A DNA stretch of 12,026 bases, from positions 1-12,026 of the forward strand of contig NW_021826789.1 in the NCBI RefSeq assembly GCF_006345805.1, written 5' to 3'. The notes below the pieces were generated by a model. It was not told where the DNA came from and did no database searches. It saw only the letters and a program-made list of their open reading frames with translations. This stretch comes from Octopus sinensis (Eukaryota). The first letter of the stretch is position 1. Every line of letters begins with the position of its first letter. Shown here in pieces: positions 1-9,848 of the stretch. Made by a program: the position numbers and the translations under genes.

Positions 1-198
1 CAAAACCTAAGAAAAACGCAGCTCAGGAATAAAGGAATAATACTGTAATTATATGTTTCCCAAAGTAAAAGGTTACCTTAAAAATAAATTGAAAAAAAAA
101 ATAAATAGAATAGAAGGAAAAAAATGAAATTCATTCAATATTAAGTGTACTGTGAAGCAAACGGCTGGTGTTAGATTATAAATGTGCATAGACATAGA

Positions 199-267
199 AA
201 TAATAATGGTGATAATAGTAATAATGATGATGATGATGATTGTAATAATAATATTAATAATAATAAT

Positions 268-343
<76 letters not shown>
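199..343. repeat. (AAT)n/(GAT)n microsatellite
   Basis: Direct trinucleotide run. Confidence 0.95.
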
Positions 344-344
<1 letters not shown>

Positions 345-364
345 TCTATAATGGTTTCTGATAA

Positions 365-850
365 ATATGAATGTACATATATACATGTATATATATGTGT
401 GTGTCTGTGTGTGTATGTGTGTATATATATATATGTATATATATATATATACATATGTATATATATATAGGTAAGTATGTATATATGTATATATATGCAT
501 ATATATATATATATATATACATAAATGTATGTATATTTATATACATGTATATGTACATACAAACACAGATAAATATGTTTATATATCTACATTCTTAGAT
601 ATATATGTATGTATAAGTGCATATATAAATGTATATATATCTATATGTAAATATACCTATATTTATATATATATGTAGATATATATGTATATATAAATAT
701 GTATATATATATGTATTTATTTAAATGTATATATATGTATATATCTATATATATAAATGTATATATATATGTATATATATATGTGTGTATATGTATATAG
801 GTACTTGTCTATATATGTATATGTAGACATATACATCGTTGTGTATGTAT
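365..850. repeat. Degenerate (TA)n/(TATG)n low-complexity tract
   Basis: Direct reading; explains the I/Y-rich ORFs here. Confidence 0.95.
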
Positions 851-984
851 ATTAAATAAAATTATATAATAGAAATTTATAGCCTCTATATATTGATTCG
901 TAGCATTAAATAATATAATAGAATATAGATTTCTATCGTTCCATAGTAAACCTTAAATAAAACATGATATTAATGATTTTTAAC

Positions 985-1165
985 ATTGGTTTCAGAGCTG
1001 CGCCGTTTTGAAGGGTGAGTTAAATATATTTAAATTGAAATCGATAACACTATATTACTTCTAAATTATTATATCGATCACCGCCATCCCTCTTCACCCG
1101 GTCTGGAAGGATGGAAGATAGGGAGGTAAGGTTGACCTCCACTTGATTTCAGATTTTGAATTTTT
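985..1165 (-). mobile_element. Highly decayed SINE family B fragment
   Basis: Motifs gaaggatggaag, aaggttgacctcc and tttgaa occur in the same order as in the copy at 8732-8926. Confidence 0.4.
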
Positions 1166-1320
1166 ACCGAAAAGGTACTGAAGAAAATATATTAACCGTG
1201 AGGAAAGAAATTTATATTGTATACGGCTAACTAACTGTTTCCGATATCGACAGCATTCAATTATAATACAGATGATACAAATACAATGTAGATACGTTGC
1301 ACAATAATTGAAAATAATGC

Positions 1321-1474
1321 GAATGCTTCTCAACAACACGGTTCCGAGTTCAGTCCCACTGCGTGGTACTTTGAGGAAGTGTCTTCTACTATAGGCTCGG
1401 GTGACCAAATATTTCGTTGACGGAAATTGGAAAAGAGCCTGTTGTATTCATGTGTGTGTATGTGTGTGTGTGTG
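1321..1474 (+). mobile_element. Truncated SINE family A copy
   Basis: ggttccgagttcagtcccactgcgtggtac...aagtgtcttctactataggctcggg aligns to 3069-3131; it ends in a TG run like the internal repeat of the full copy. Confidence 0.85.
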
Positions 1475-1518
1475 CCTGCACGTCTTCAGATGAGTTGGTT
1501 CGAAAGCACTGCTATATA

Positions 1519-1526
<8 letters not shown>

Positions 1527-1554
<28 letters not shown>

Positions 1555-1592
1555 TGTATGTATGTATGTATGTATGTATGTATGTATGTATG
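1527..1592. repeat. (TATG)n microsatellite
   Basis: Perfect tetranucleotide run. Confidence 0.97.
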
Positions 1593-1593
1593 T

Positions 1594-2201
1594 CAGGTCA
1601 CTTTCGAGTGCTACTGGTAACATGTAACCCAGTACAACCTGTTGCATGGTCGGGCCGTCGGCGACTAAACTGGCAACCCCACCAAGCTTGCTTGGTGAAG
1701 AGGGTGTTTATTGGACACCCTGCTGTATGAAAAACAAAACCCGTCAAAGGGCGGAGGAACTCTTGAGAGTCAACGGCCATCCAATAAATGTCTTAAGGCT
1801 GTATCATGCGCGGGGATAGAAATAATCTGACTGAATACCCGATCGCGCGGTTAAACCATTGGAAGTAAAGGACTCCTAGCCCTTGCTAGGGCATCCTTCT
1901 AGGAGAAGGTAACTGGGATAACCGATGATGTTGACTTGTTCTTCTTTTCGGATTATGGCTGCCGTTGCTTAGTGAGTGGGAATGACTCAGTGCACAGCCT
2001 TTCCTCACTTTAAAAAAAATCTTCTTGCTCAGGCATTGCACGATAACAACATTGTTCATGATTGTTGATAGTGCTGTGAGTCTCAACTGAATGGCTGGCT
2101 GTAGCCTTAAAAAGCAAATAAAATTCACATTCGATCACAGCACCAATAACAGTTAAGCCTCGTGCAATGGCCATACTCGATAACGAAGGGGCAGCCATCA
2201 T
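1594..2201 (+). mobile_element. Non-autonomous RTE-like retroelement (5'UTR fused to 3' tail, no ORF)
   Basis: GC-richer island between TATG runs. It has RTE 5'UTR-like motifs (ggcaacccc; agggcatccttctaggagaaggtaact) and an RTE-like 3' end (atggccatactcgataacgaaggggcagccatcat). Family call is from recall. Confidence 0.6.
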
Positions 2202-2252
2202 GTGTGTATGTATGTATGTTAATGCTTTGTTAAATATGGATGGAAGAGCATA

Positions 2253-2340
2253 GAGGCAGGCATGAATTTGTGTTTAACAAACTCGTTTTGTAACCACACG
2301 TTTTCCCATTCAGTCTGATTACTCAATACCTTACGCGAGG
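2253..2340 (+). mobile_element. Very degenerate SINE family A head
   Basis: aaccacacgttttcccattcagtc resembles aaccacatggttctgggttcagtc at 3061-3084. Confidence 0.35.
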
Positions 2341-2739
2341 GTTAAATTTTCAAGTATACTCTCGGCACCATATTTAGTATCAGAAAATAGAGCATGCTTA
2401 CAATAATTATAATTAAACGTTTTATCAAATTCCTTGTACTTCTGCATTATGATAAAGTGAACACTAATTTTCCAAGAAAAACATAACGCTAAAATATAAT
2501 TAATTAATAGAAAGCAAAGACATCCATATTCATTCTGGAAATGATCCGGTATTCGAACGCGAATAGGATAATCGATGTGGTACAAGCACAATTCTCAATG
2601 GTATAAAACCTCCCAGAAATACTATCAATTGCTCGCTGTCGTTATCCTTCTCTAACTTTAGTATACTTTTTCTCTTACTGTTTACATGTAGCTTTCTTTT
2701 ACTCATTGCGCATTTCTTTTACTCAGTTCTTTTAATTAT

Positions 2740-2920
2740 TATATATTTCAAAGGGCCAGCCTTGTCACACTCTGTGTGACGCTGAATCTCCCTAAGAACT
2801 ACGTTAAGGATGCACTTGTCTCTGGAGTAATCAGCCACTTGCACGTTAATTTCACGAGCACGCTGTTCCGTTGATCGTATCAGCTGGGACCCCGTCGTCG
2901 TAACCGACGGAGTACTCACA
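2740..2920 (+). mobile_element. 3' half of a SINE with an RTE-like tail
   Basis: gccagccttgtcac...cagccacttgcacgttaatttcacgagc...cgtcgtaaccgacggagt, recalled as a common cephalopod SINE tail; followed by a TA run. Confidence 0.6.
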
Positions 2921-2924
2921 TATC

Positions 2925-2955
<31 letters not shown>

Positions 2956-2973
2956 TATATAATATATATATAT

Positions 2974-3021
<48 letters not shown>
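2921..3021. repeat. (TA)n microsatellite
   Basis: Direct reading. Confidence 0.95.
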
Positions 3022-3024
<3 letters not shown>

Positions 3025-3430
3025 CGCAGGAGTGGCTGTGTGGTAAGTAGCTTGCTTACCAACCACATGGTTCTGGGTTCAGTCCCACTGCGTGGCATCT
3101 CGGGCAAGTGTCTTCTGCTATAGCCTCGGGCCGACCAATGCCTTGTGAGTGGATTTGGTAGACGGAAACTAAAAGAAACCTGTCGTATATATGTATATAT
3201 ATGTATATGTATGTATGTGTGTGTATATGTTTGTGTATCTGTGTTTGTCCCACCACCATCGCTTGACAACCGATGCTGGTGTGTTTACGTCCCCGTCACC
3301 TAGCGGTTCGGCAAAAAGAAACCGATAGAATAAGTACTGGGCTTACAAAGAATAAGTCCCGGGGTCGATTTGCTCGACTAAAGGTGGTACTCCAGCATGG
3401 CCGCAGTCAAATGACTGAAAAAGTAAAAGA

Positions 3431-3431
<1 letters not shown>
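3022..3431 (+). mobile_element. Full-length tRNA-derived SINE (family A)
   Basis: Pol III A box tggctgtgtggtaa (3033-3046), B box gggttcagtccc (3075-3086), CORE-like gtggcatctcgggcaagtg, internal TA/TG repeat and A-rich end. TA runs flank both sides, and other copies occur in the window. Confidence 0.9.
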
Positions 3432-3468
<37 letters not shown>

Positions 3469-3473
3469 ATAAG

Positions 3474-4054
3474 AAATATTAAAATACTAAGTCTCTCTAA
3501 AAGAGAACAACGGCAGCGTTCCCGGAAAATATTAGTTATCGCCATACTAATATGGCATTCTTATAAAAATAAGAATAAAGCTGACCGCTTATTAGCTCCA
3601 TGAGGCCATCGCCTTAGTTAGCTATTTGATACACAAACTGTATCCATATAACCTTTGAACAAGGGAGGTCAGTCGCTCCACACTACTACTTGGCCGGCAG
3701 CTACAGACGCGTTTCGGGGTATTGCCCCTTTTCAATGCAGCGTAGCCAAACCAGTAGGTGTCGCTTCCGTCGCTTCCGACATTCTCTGTTCAAAGGTTTT
3801 ATTTACCTAGCTTCGGTGGAATACATCCACTTGTTTTCAATAATATAAATATTAAAATTACTAAGTCTCTCTAAAAGAGAACAACGGCAGCGTTCCCGCG
3901 AAAAAATATTAGTTATCGCCATACTAATATGGCATTCTTATAAAAATAAGAATAAAGCTGACCGCTTATTAGCTCCATGAGGCCATCGCCTTAAGTTAGC
4001 TATTTGATACACATGGAGCTAATAAGCGGTCAGCTTTATTCTTATTTTTATAAG
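3474..4054 (-). mobile_element. Retrozyme / Penelope pLTR-like element: 373-bp unit in partial tandem with 5' inversion
   Basis: Near-identical direct repeats 3474-3635 and 3847-4013; hammerhead between them; 4012-4054 is a perfect inverted copy of 3937-3979. Confidence 0.82.
3696..3747 (-). ncRNA. Type I minimal hammerhead ribozyme, U3-A8 core variant
   Basis: Minus strand reads GGCUAC-GCUGCA-UUGAAAA-GGGG-CAAUA-CCCC-GAAA-CGC-GUC^-UGUAGC-UGCC. It has stem I GCUGCA/UGUAGC, a 4-bp GC stem II, a palindromic ACGCGU stem III and a GUC triplet. Confidence 0.85.
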
Positions 4055-4224
4055 CAGGAGAGCCTTGCGACACTCCGTGAACCATGTACCCAACGCCGAT
4101 CTTCGATAGAAGCAGGATTGTCGTCCACCGAAACTGGTGAACTTGGGAAACATCCATTTCGCCAGCGGAGACCAAACCCGTTCACCATCCGTTCACACCA
4201 CAAACGCAAACACCCACTAACCCC

Positions 4225-4408
4225 CACATACATATTATACGATAGGATGGTTTCCGCACTGTTTCCGCCTTCCAAATTTCCTTATAAGGCATTGATCGGA
4301 TCGGAAGTATAGTAGAAAACATTTATCCAAGATACCGCCCAGTGAGACTGAACCTGGAACCACGTGGGTGCAAAGAGAAATTCTTAACCAAATAGCCATA
4401 TTTTCGCC
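4225..4408 (-). mobile_element. Diverged SINE family A copy (5' half)
   Basis: Reverse complement aligns with 3023-3200 (atggctatttggttaag...gtggttccaggttcagtctcactg...aaatgttttctactata). Confidence 0.8.
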
Positions 4409-4659
4409 AATGAGTAGAAACAAAAGAGAGAATTCCAAAGATATTACAGAGTTAAACATTGTCTTCTCTCATTCGTTTTCGGCTTCATATTGAGCTTATT
4501 GTCAGCATGGGATGAACATAGAAACAAAAGGTTAATTGTGGAACGGGACTGCAAGGACATCCATGCAAATGCGGAGGCGATTGTATGGTTTCCGGGCAGG
4601 TTTCGCAATTACCGTATTGGTACACCGTTGCCATGATATATCGTCAATATTTCCAAACA

Positions 4660-4868
4660 GAAAGACAGCGAGTCGGCAGAATCGTTTGTACGCCGGACAA
4701 AATGCCTAAAGGCCTTTCGTCCGTCTTTACGTTCTGAGTTCAAATTTTGTCGAGTGCAACTCTGCCTTTCATCCTTTCGTGGCCGGTAAAGTACCAGTTG
4801 AGCACAGGGGTCAATGTATTCGACATATCCCTTAGCCGTAATTGCTGACTTCCTGCCCAAATTTGAAA
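4660..4868 (+). mobile_element. tRNA-derived SINE family B with 16-bp target-site duplication
   Basis: B box gagttcaaatt; central gcctttcatcctttcg...aaagtaccag (Meta-SINE-like domain, from recall); TSD tcaatatttccaaaca at 4644-4659 and 4869-4884. Confidence 0.9.
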
Positions 4869-4885
4869 TCAATATTTCCAAACAT

Positions 4886-4887
<2 letters not shown>

Positions 4888-4932
<45 letters not shown>
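4888..4932. repeat. (CTA)n microsatellite
   Basis: Perfect run. Confidence 0.97.
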
Positions 4933-5074
4933 TGTAAGTTAATACAAGTCATTAACTTATTGGGACAGAGAGAATATAGAAAACTAAAAATATATTTGTA
5001 TGAGAGGCAAGATGATTTTATGGAAGCCAAAAGACGTTCCCGTCTAATAATATATACGCCTGTCCTCGAGCAAC

Positions 5075-5337
5075 AATACATACACACATATACATATATA
5101 CACACACATATATTGAGAGAGATATACACACATATACATATATAAATGTGTGAGTGTATGTATGTATATATATATGTATATATATTATATATATATATAT
5201 GTATGGATATATATATATATATATATGTCTATATATATACACATATATATATACATATATACATATATATATATATATCGTATATATATATATAATACAT
5301 ATATATATGTATATATATATATATGCATATTAATATA

Positions 5338-5385
<48 letters not shown>

Positions 5386-5725
5386 AAATGTATATATATG
5401 TACATACATGTATTTATATGTATATATGTATATATATACAATTTATATATATATATACACTGGTACACCGGCGATTATAATTAATTTTATTGTATCGCAT
5501 TTATCTTTGTTTATATATTATATATATATTATATATATATATATATATTATATTATATATATATATATATATAAATGATTGTATATAAGCTTCTATGATA
5601 TATATCTTTGCGCTGAAATCATATGTGTGCATGTGTGTGTGTGTGTGTGCGTGTGTGAGTGTGCGTGTGTGTGTGTGCGTGTGTGCGTGTATGCGTGTGC
5701 ATAATGCGGTCCTGTGTGTGTGTAT
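5075..5725. repeat. (TA)n-rich tracts followed by a (TG)n/(TGCG) tract
   Basis: Direct reading. Confidence 0.93.
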
Positions 5726-6065
5726 GGTCACAATTCTTATTCAACTCGCAGAGTGCTTTGTTGGTAACCGAATTTAATAAATTGCGTGAACAGCAGATAA
5801 GCCAAGTAGAACTTGTAGCCATCAAAGTATCCTTAGAGATATAAGAGAGTGCAGAGTCAACACACAGACGATTGTGTGCATGATTGTGTGTGGGTGTGGG
5901 TGTAACTATAGATATATTTGTGTCTGTTTTGTGTAGTTCAATAATGCTTTTTTTTATAAGTATATTGTTGCTCTAAGACAACGTTATCCAACGCTTCGTC
6001 GTGATAATACTTTCTTGTTTTGAGTGTGTGAGTACGTGTTTAGAGGTATGCATAAATGGGCATAC

Positions 6066-6069
<4 letters not shown>

Positions 6070-6119
<50 letters not shown>

Positions 6120-6231
6120 ATATATATATATGTGTGTGTGTATGAGTGTGTTTGAAATGCATAGAGATGCATTATATATATATAATATATTCGTATGTGC
6201 TTATAAGTGTTATATATATATATGTAATATA

Positions 6232-6288
<57 letters not shown>

Positions 6289-6399
6289 AACTATCGATTT
6301 ATTTATCTACTAGCTATCTCCGTCTCTCTCTAAATAATATATATATATACATAATATACATAAATATATCATGCATACATTTATATACATACATATATA

Positions 6400-6432
<33 letters not shown>

Positions 6433-6481
6433 GTATATATATATAATATACGTACATATATATATATATAATATATATATA

Positions 6482-6522
<41 letters not shown>

Positions 6523-6535
6523 CTGTGTGTATGTG
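6070..6535. repeat. (TA)n-rich low-complexity tracts
   Basis: Direct reading. Confidence 0.93.
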
Positions 6536-7017
6536 TATGGATCTGTAGTCGCTTATTGTAATCACCATGGCACATAGCCATTTACGTAAGAATAGCTGGC
6601 TGATATTATTACATAAATGACAATATTCTAAACGTATCCTGGACCCACTCATTTTGATAACAATAGCGAGTGATAACATTATTTACGATAATAAAAAGCG
6701 GATTCCATCTTATATGTACTTACATATGGATACACAGAAACACGTGTACACACACTCGTGTGCGCATGACTGTGATCGAGCGCGCAGTTATGTGGGTTGG
6801 CGTGTGCATCTTAATCAAAAGTGTTTCTTTATGTGCCTATAGTGGGTAACTGGTAGATATTGAGATAAAAGAATAAAAAGAGCGTGAATAAGGGGAGTTA
6901 ATTCCATTAAGCTAGTGACTGTCACGGTTGAGCAGTGTTGTCGAATAGCATCTGTTGAAGAATTCGTAAAATAGACTCTATTCTCTAGACGAAACAACAC
7001 AAGTAACAAATGAAATC

Positions 7018-7072
7018 AATAATAATAATAATAATGATAATAATAATAATAATAATGATAATAATATAATAA

Positions 7073-7113
<41 letters not shown>

Positions 7114-7351
7114 ATAATAATAATAATAATAATAATGATAATAATAAATAATAATAATATAATTACAATGATAATAATAAATAATAATAATGATGATAAT
7201 AATAATAATAATAACACCAACAACCAAATAATATGATAAGAACAATGATGATGATAATAATAATAATAATAATAATATGATGATAATAATAATAATAATA
7301 ATAACACCAACAACAATAATAATGATAATAACAAGATGATAATATAATAAT

Positions 7352-7387
<36 letters not shown>

Positions 7388-7388
7388 A

Positions 7389-7430
<42 letters not shown>
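7018..7430. repeat. Long imperfect (AAT)n microsatellite
   Basis: Direct reading. Confidence 0.96.
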
Positions 7431-7536
7431 ACGTATTAACAATGTAAGTAACAATAGTAATAGTTTCTGTTAATAATATAGGACATAATGATAATGCTCA
7501 CACGGAAAACAACAACAACAGTAATAAAAGTGGTAC

Positions 7537-8352
7537 TTTTTTATTGGCCACAAGGGCCCAAGACATGGAGAGCGATATCGAAAGATGAGTTACAGCTCAT
7601 AGAATCAAAAGAAAAAAAATTACAAAAGCAGGAGCGGGTTTACATCGATCAAAGCGAGATGCTACCACATTAAAGGCTATGAGAGAGGATATATCTTAGA
7701 AATTAAATAACTAAATAAATAGAATTCCAATAGCGGGGCAGTCCACTTAGGGTAATTCGGGGTAAACCCCACGCAAAAATCCCTGATTACTCTACCGTCC
7801 TCAGTTTGGTTTTTCCTTCTTAGAAAAGCATAATCAGATTCGTTCCATTCGGTCTCACCAGGGTTGCCACTGTCGGCCATCTTTTAGTAAACATACTAGA
7901 AGGAAACACCACGTTCTGTACCCTCAACTTCCTCTTCAAATGATATTTGAAGAAATTGATGAGGGCTTGGGCAATTAGGAAAGTACCAGATTTCAAATCT
8001 TTCTGATGGGTCCACCACACAACCTCTTTTGCCACTAAGCAGAGGAAGATCTGCCTTCTTACTGTGCTATGGAAAAGTGGTGCTTCGATCTTCACTGCAT
8101 TTGTATATCATAGTATACTTCGCTGTTGAAGAGAGCTGAATTCGATTTACACAAGCCCACAACTTTCTAATGCACGAGATTTTCTCTCGAACAGGAAATT
8201 CTCCCACCCCACTGTAACACTGCCATGCCAAAGAATTTTGGAAATTTCCATGATCTTCAGCCTGAAGATCGTCTGGAAAATACTGCTCAAGCTGTTCTCG
8301 TAGGATCAATCCTAGGTCATCACCGCTCATAATCTGAAATAGCCTCCTATAG
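7537..8352 (-). mobile_element. Decayed 3' end of a Tx1/L1-like LINE (ORF2 C-terminus plus 3'UTR)
   Basis: Frameshifted peptides NFQNSLAWQCYSG..FPVREK, CIRKLWACV and FLCLVAKEVVWW...LINFFKYHLKRK...RW match the zf-RVT region and C-terminal tail pattern of L1/Tx1 ORF2. A T-rich UTR ends in AATAAAAA near 7537-7544. Confidence 0.75.
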
Positions 8353-8354
8353 AA

Positions 8355-8378
8355 ATAATGATAATAACAACAACAATG

Positions 8379-8412
<34 letters not shown>

Positions 8413-8567
8413 TAATAATAATAATAATAATCCTTTCTTCTGGAAGCACAAGGCTTCATATTAGGGGGAAGGGATTAAATCGATTACATCGATCCCAGTG
8501 TGTAATTAGTACTATTTTATCGACCCCTAAATGATGAAAGACAAAACGATTCTGCCAGCTCACCGCC

Positions 8568-8631
<64 letters not shown>

Positions 8632-8685
8632 TAATAATAATAATATAAAATATAATAATAATAATAATAATAATATCTAATAATT

Positions 8686-8716
<31 letters not shown>

Positions 8717-8731
8717 GATAATATATAATAA
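8355..8731. repeat. (AAT)n arrays interrupted by a SINE
   Basis: Runs at 8355-8430 and 8569-8731. Confidence 0.95.
8431..8568 (-). mobile_element. SINE family B, internally deleted
   Basis: Both ends match 8732-8926; it lacks the B-box segment (gatgaaagacaaa joined directly to acgattctgccagctcaccgcc). Confidence 0.85.
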
Positions 8732-8926
8732 TCTTTTCTATTTTTAGATACAAGGCCCGACATTTTGGGGAGGGGCTAATCGATTAGGTCGACCTCAGTA
8801 CGCAACTGGTATTTAATTTATCGGCACCGAAAGGATGAAAAGCAAAGTTGACCTCGGTGGAATTTGAACTCAGAACGTAAAGAGAGACAAAATGCTGTAA
8901 AGCATTTCTGCCAGCTCACTGCCATA
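8732..8926 (-). mobile_element. SINE family B
   Basis: Reverse complement matches 4660-4868 (gttctgagttcaaatt, ttcatcctttcg, taccagttg). Confidence 0.88.
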
Positions 8927-9029
8927 AAAACAACAACAACAACAACAACAATAATAATTATTATTATTATCATTATTATTATCACAAGAGCACTCAGAGA
9001 GCGCAAACCTCCGTCAAAGCAACACCAAC

Positions 9030-9336
9030 GATTGGAAAGATCAAATTTATATCGCGTGTAACGAAAATCTAATCTATGGAATTACATGCTCAGAATGTGA
9101 AGAGAATTACATTGGAGAAACGGGGAAATCCCTAAGACAACACATAATTCTGCAAAGAGTACAAATGAAAATAAACAAACGTGAATTTACGGAAATAAGA
9201 CTAAGCGAACATATAGACACGTACAAGTACCAAGATTTTCGATTTTCTCTCAAAACCAGTTTAGCGAATACACAAAACATCAACACTCAATAAAGAAACG
9301 AACCTCACAACAAAATACCAACCACATTTAGATACT
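9030..9336 (+). pseudogene. Penelope-like element GIY-YIG endonuclease relic
   Basis: The frame from 9054 reads ACNENLIYGITCSECEENYIGETGKSLRQH...IRLSEHIDT (stop 9291-9293). A shifted frame from 9292 reads KETNLTTKYQPHLD. This is the IY-x-CxxC-YIGET motif and the typical C-terminal KE...P.LN-like motif. Confidence 0.88.
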
Positions 9337-9484
9337 TGTGGGAAAGAAATGGAAACAACAACGGCCAAACCTACGACAATTTTTGCTAAGCTGCTACCAC
9401 TAGAATTGCAACTGGTTAGAATAACACAATCACGTCTACTGAAGCGAGTGAGTCATTGCTACTACCGACACTCATGTCACTCAC

Positions 9485-9846
9485 TCCTCCTGCTCCTAAT
9501 CCTCCAGTTCCATCTCCTCCAGGTCTCCCTTCTTCAGTTCCTCCTCCTCCAGCTCCTCCCCTCCTGCTATTGCTGCTCTTCCTCCCCTTCCTCCTTTTCC
9601 TCCATTTCCTTCTCTTCCTCCTCCTCAACATCTTCCACTTCCTCCACTTCGTTCTCTTCCTCCACTTCCTCCACTTCTTCCACTTCCTCCACCTCCTCCT
9701 TCTCCTCCTCTTCCTCCACTTCCTCCTCTTCCTCCGCTTCATACTCTTCCTCCACCTCCTCCTTCTCCTCCTCTTCCTCCACCTCAACATCCTCCTCAAC
9801 ATCTTCCCTTTCCTCCTCTTCCTCCTCCCCAACATCATCCTCTTCC
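9485..9846. repeat. (TCC)/(TTC) polypyrimidine low-complexity tract
   Basis: Direct reading; gives poly-S, poly-E or poly-L in different frames. Confidence 0.93.
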
Positions 9847-9848
9847 TA

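Noticed and set aside
1487-1514. CAGATGAG...CGAAAGCACTGCTA hammerhead-like string
   Set aside because: Stem III is plausible, but the core has U4A, stem II is one pair and there is no stem I. At most a dead remnant.
3022-3095. tRNA gene
   Set aside because: A and B boxes belong to a SINE head; no cloverleaf, and it continues into the SINE body.
3474-4054. LTR retrotransposon/TRIM or CRISPR interpretation of the direct repeats
   Set aside because: No TG...CA ends, PBS, PPT or TSD, and no repeat-spacer periodicity.
4460-4636. Open frame LLSFVFGF...RIGTPLP
   Set aside because: Short, with no recognisable homology or convincing splice sites.
254-7334. Many I/Y/H/T/V/C-rich ORFs in the track
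   Set aside because: They are translations of TA, TG, TATG and AAT microsatellites or of SINEs.
8983-9028. acaagagcactcagagagcgcaaacctcc, resembling a mollusc repeat terminus
   Set aside because: Too short to classify and no partner end was found.
9436-9460. CTGAAG downstream of the GIY-YIG relic as a pLTR hammerhead start
   Set aside because: The core is incomplete and there is no GAAA before the low-complexity tract.
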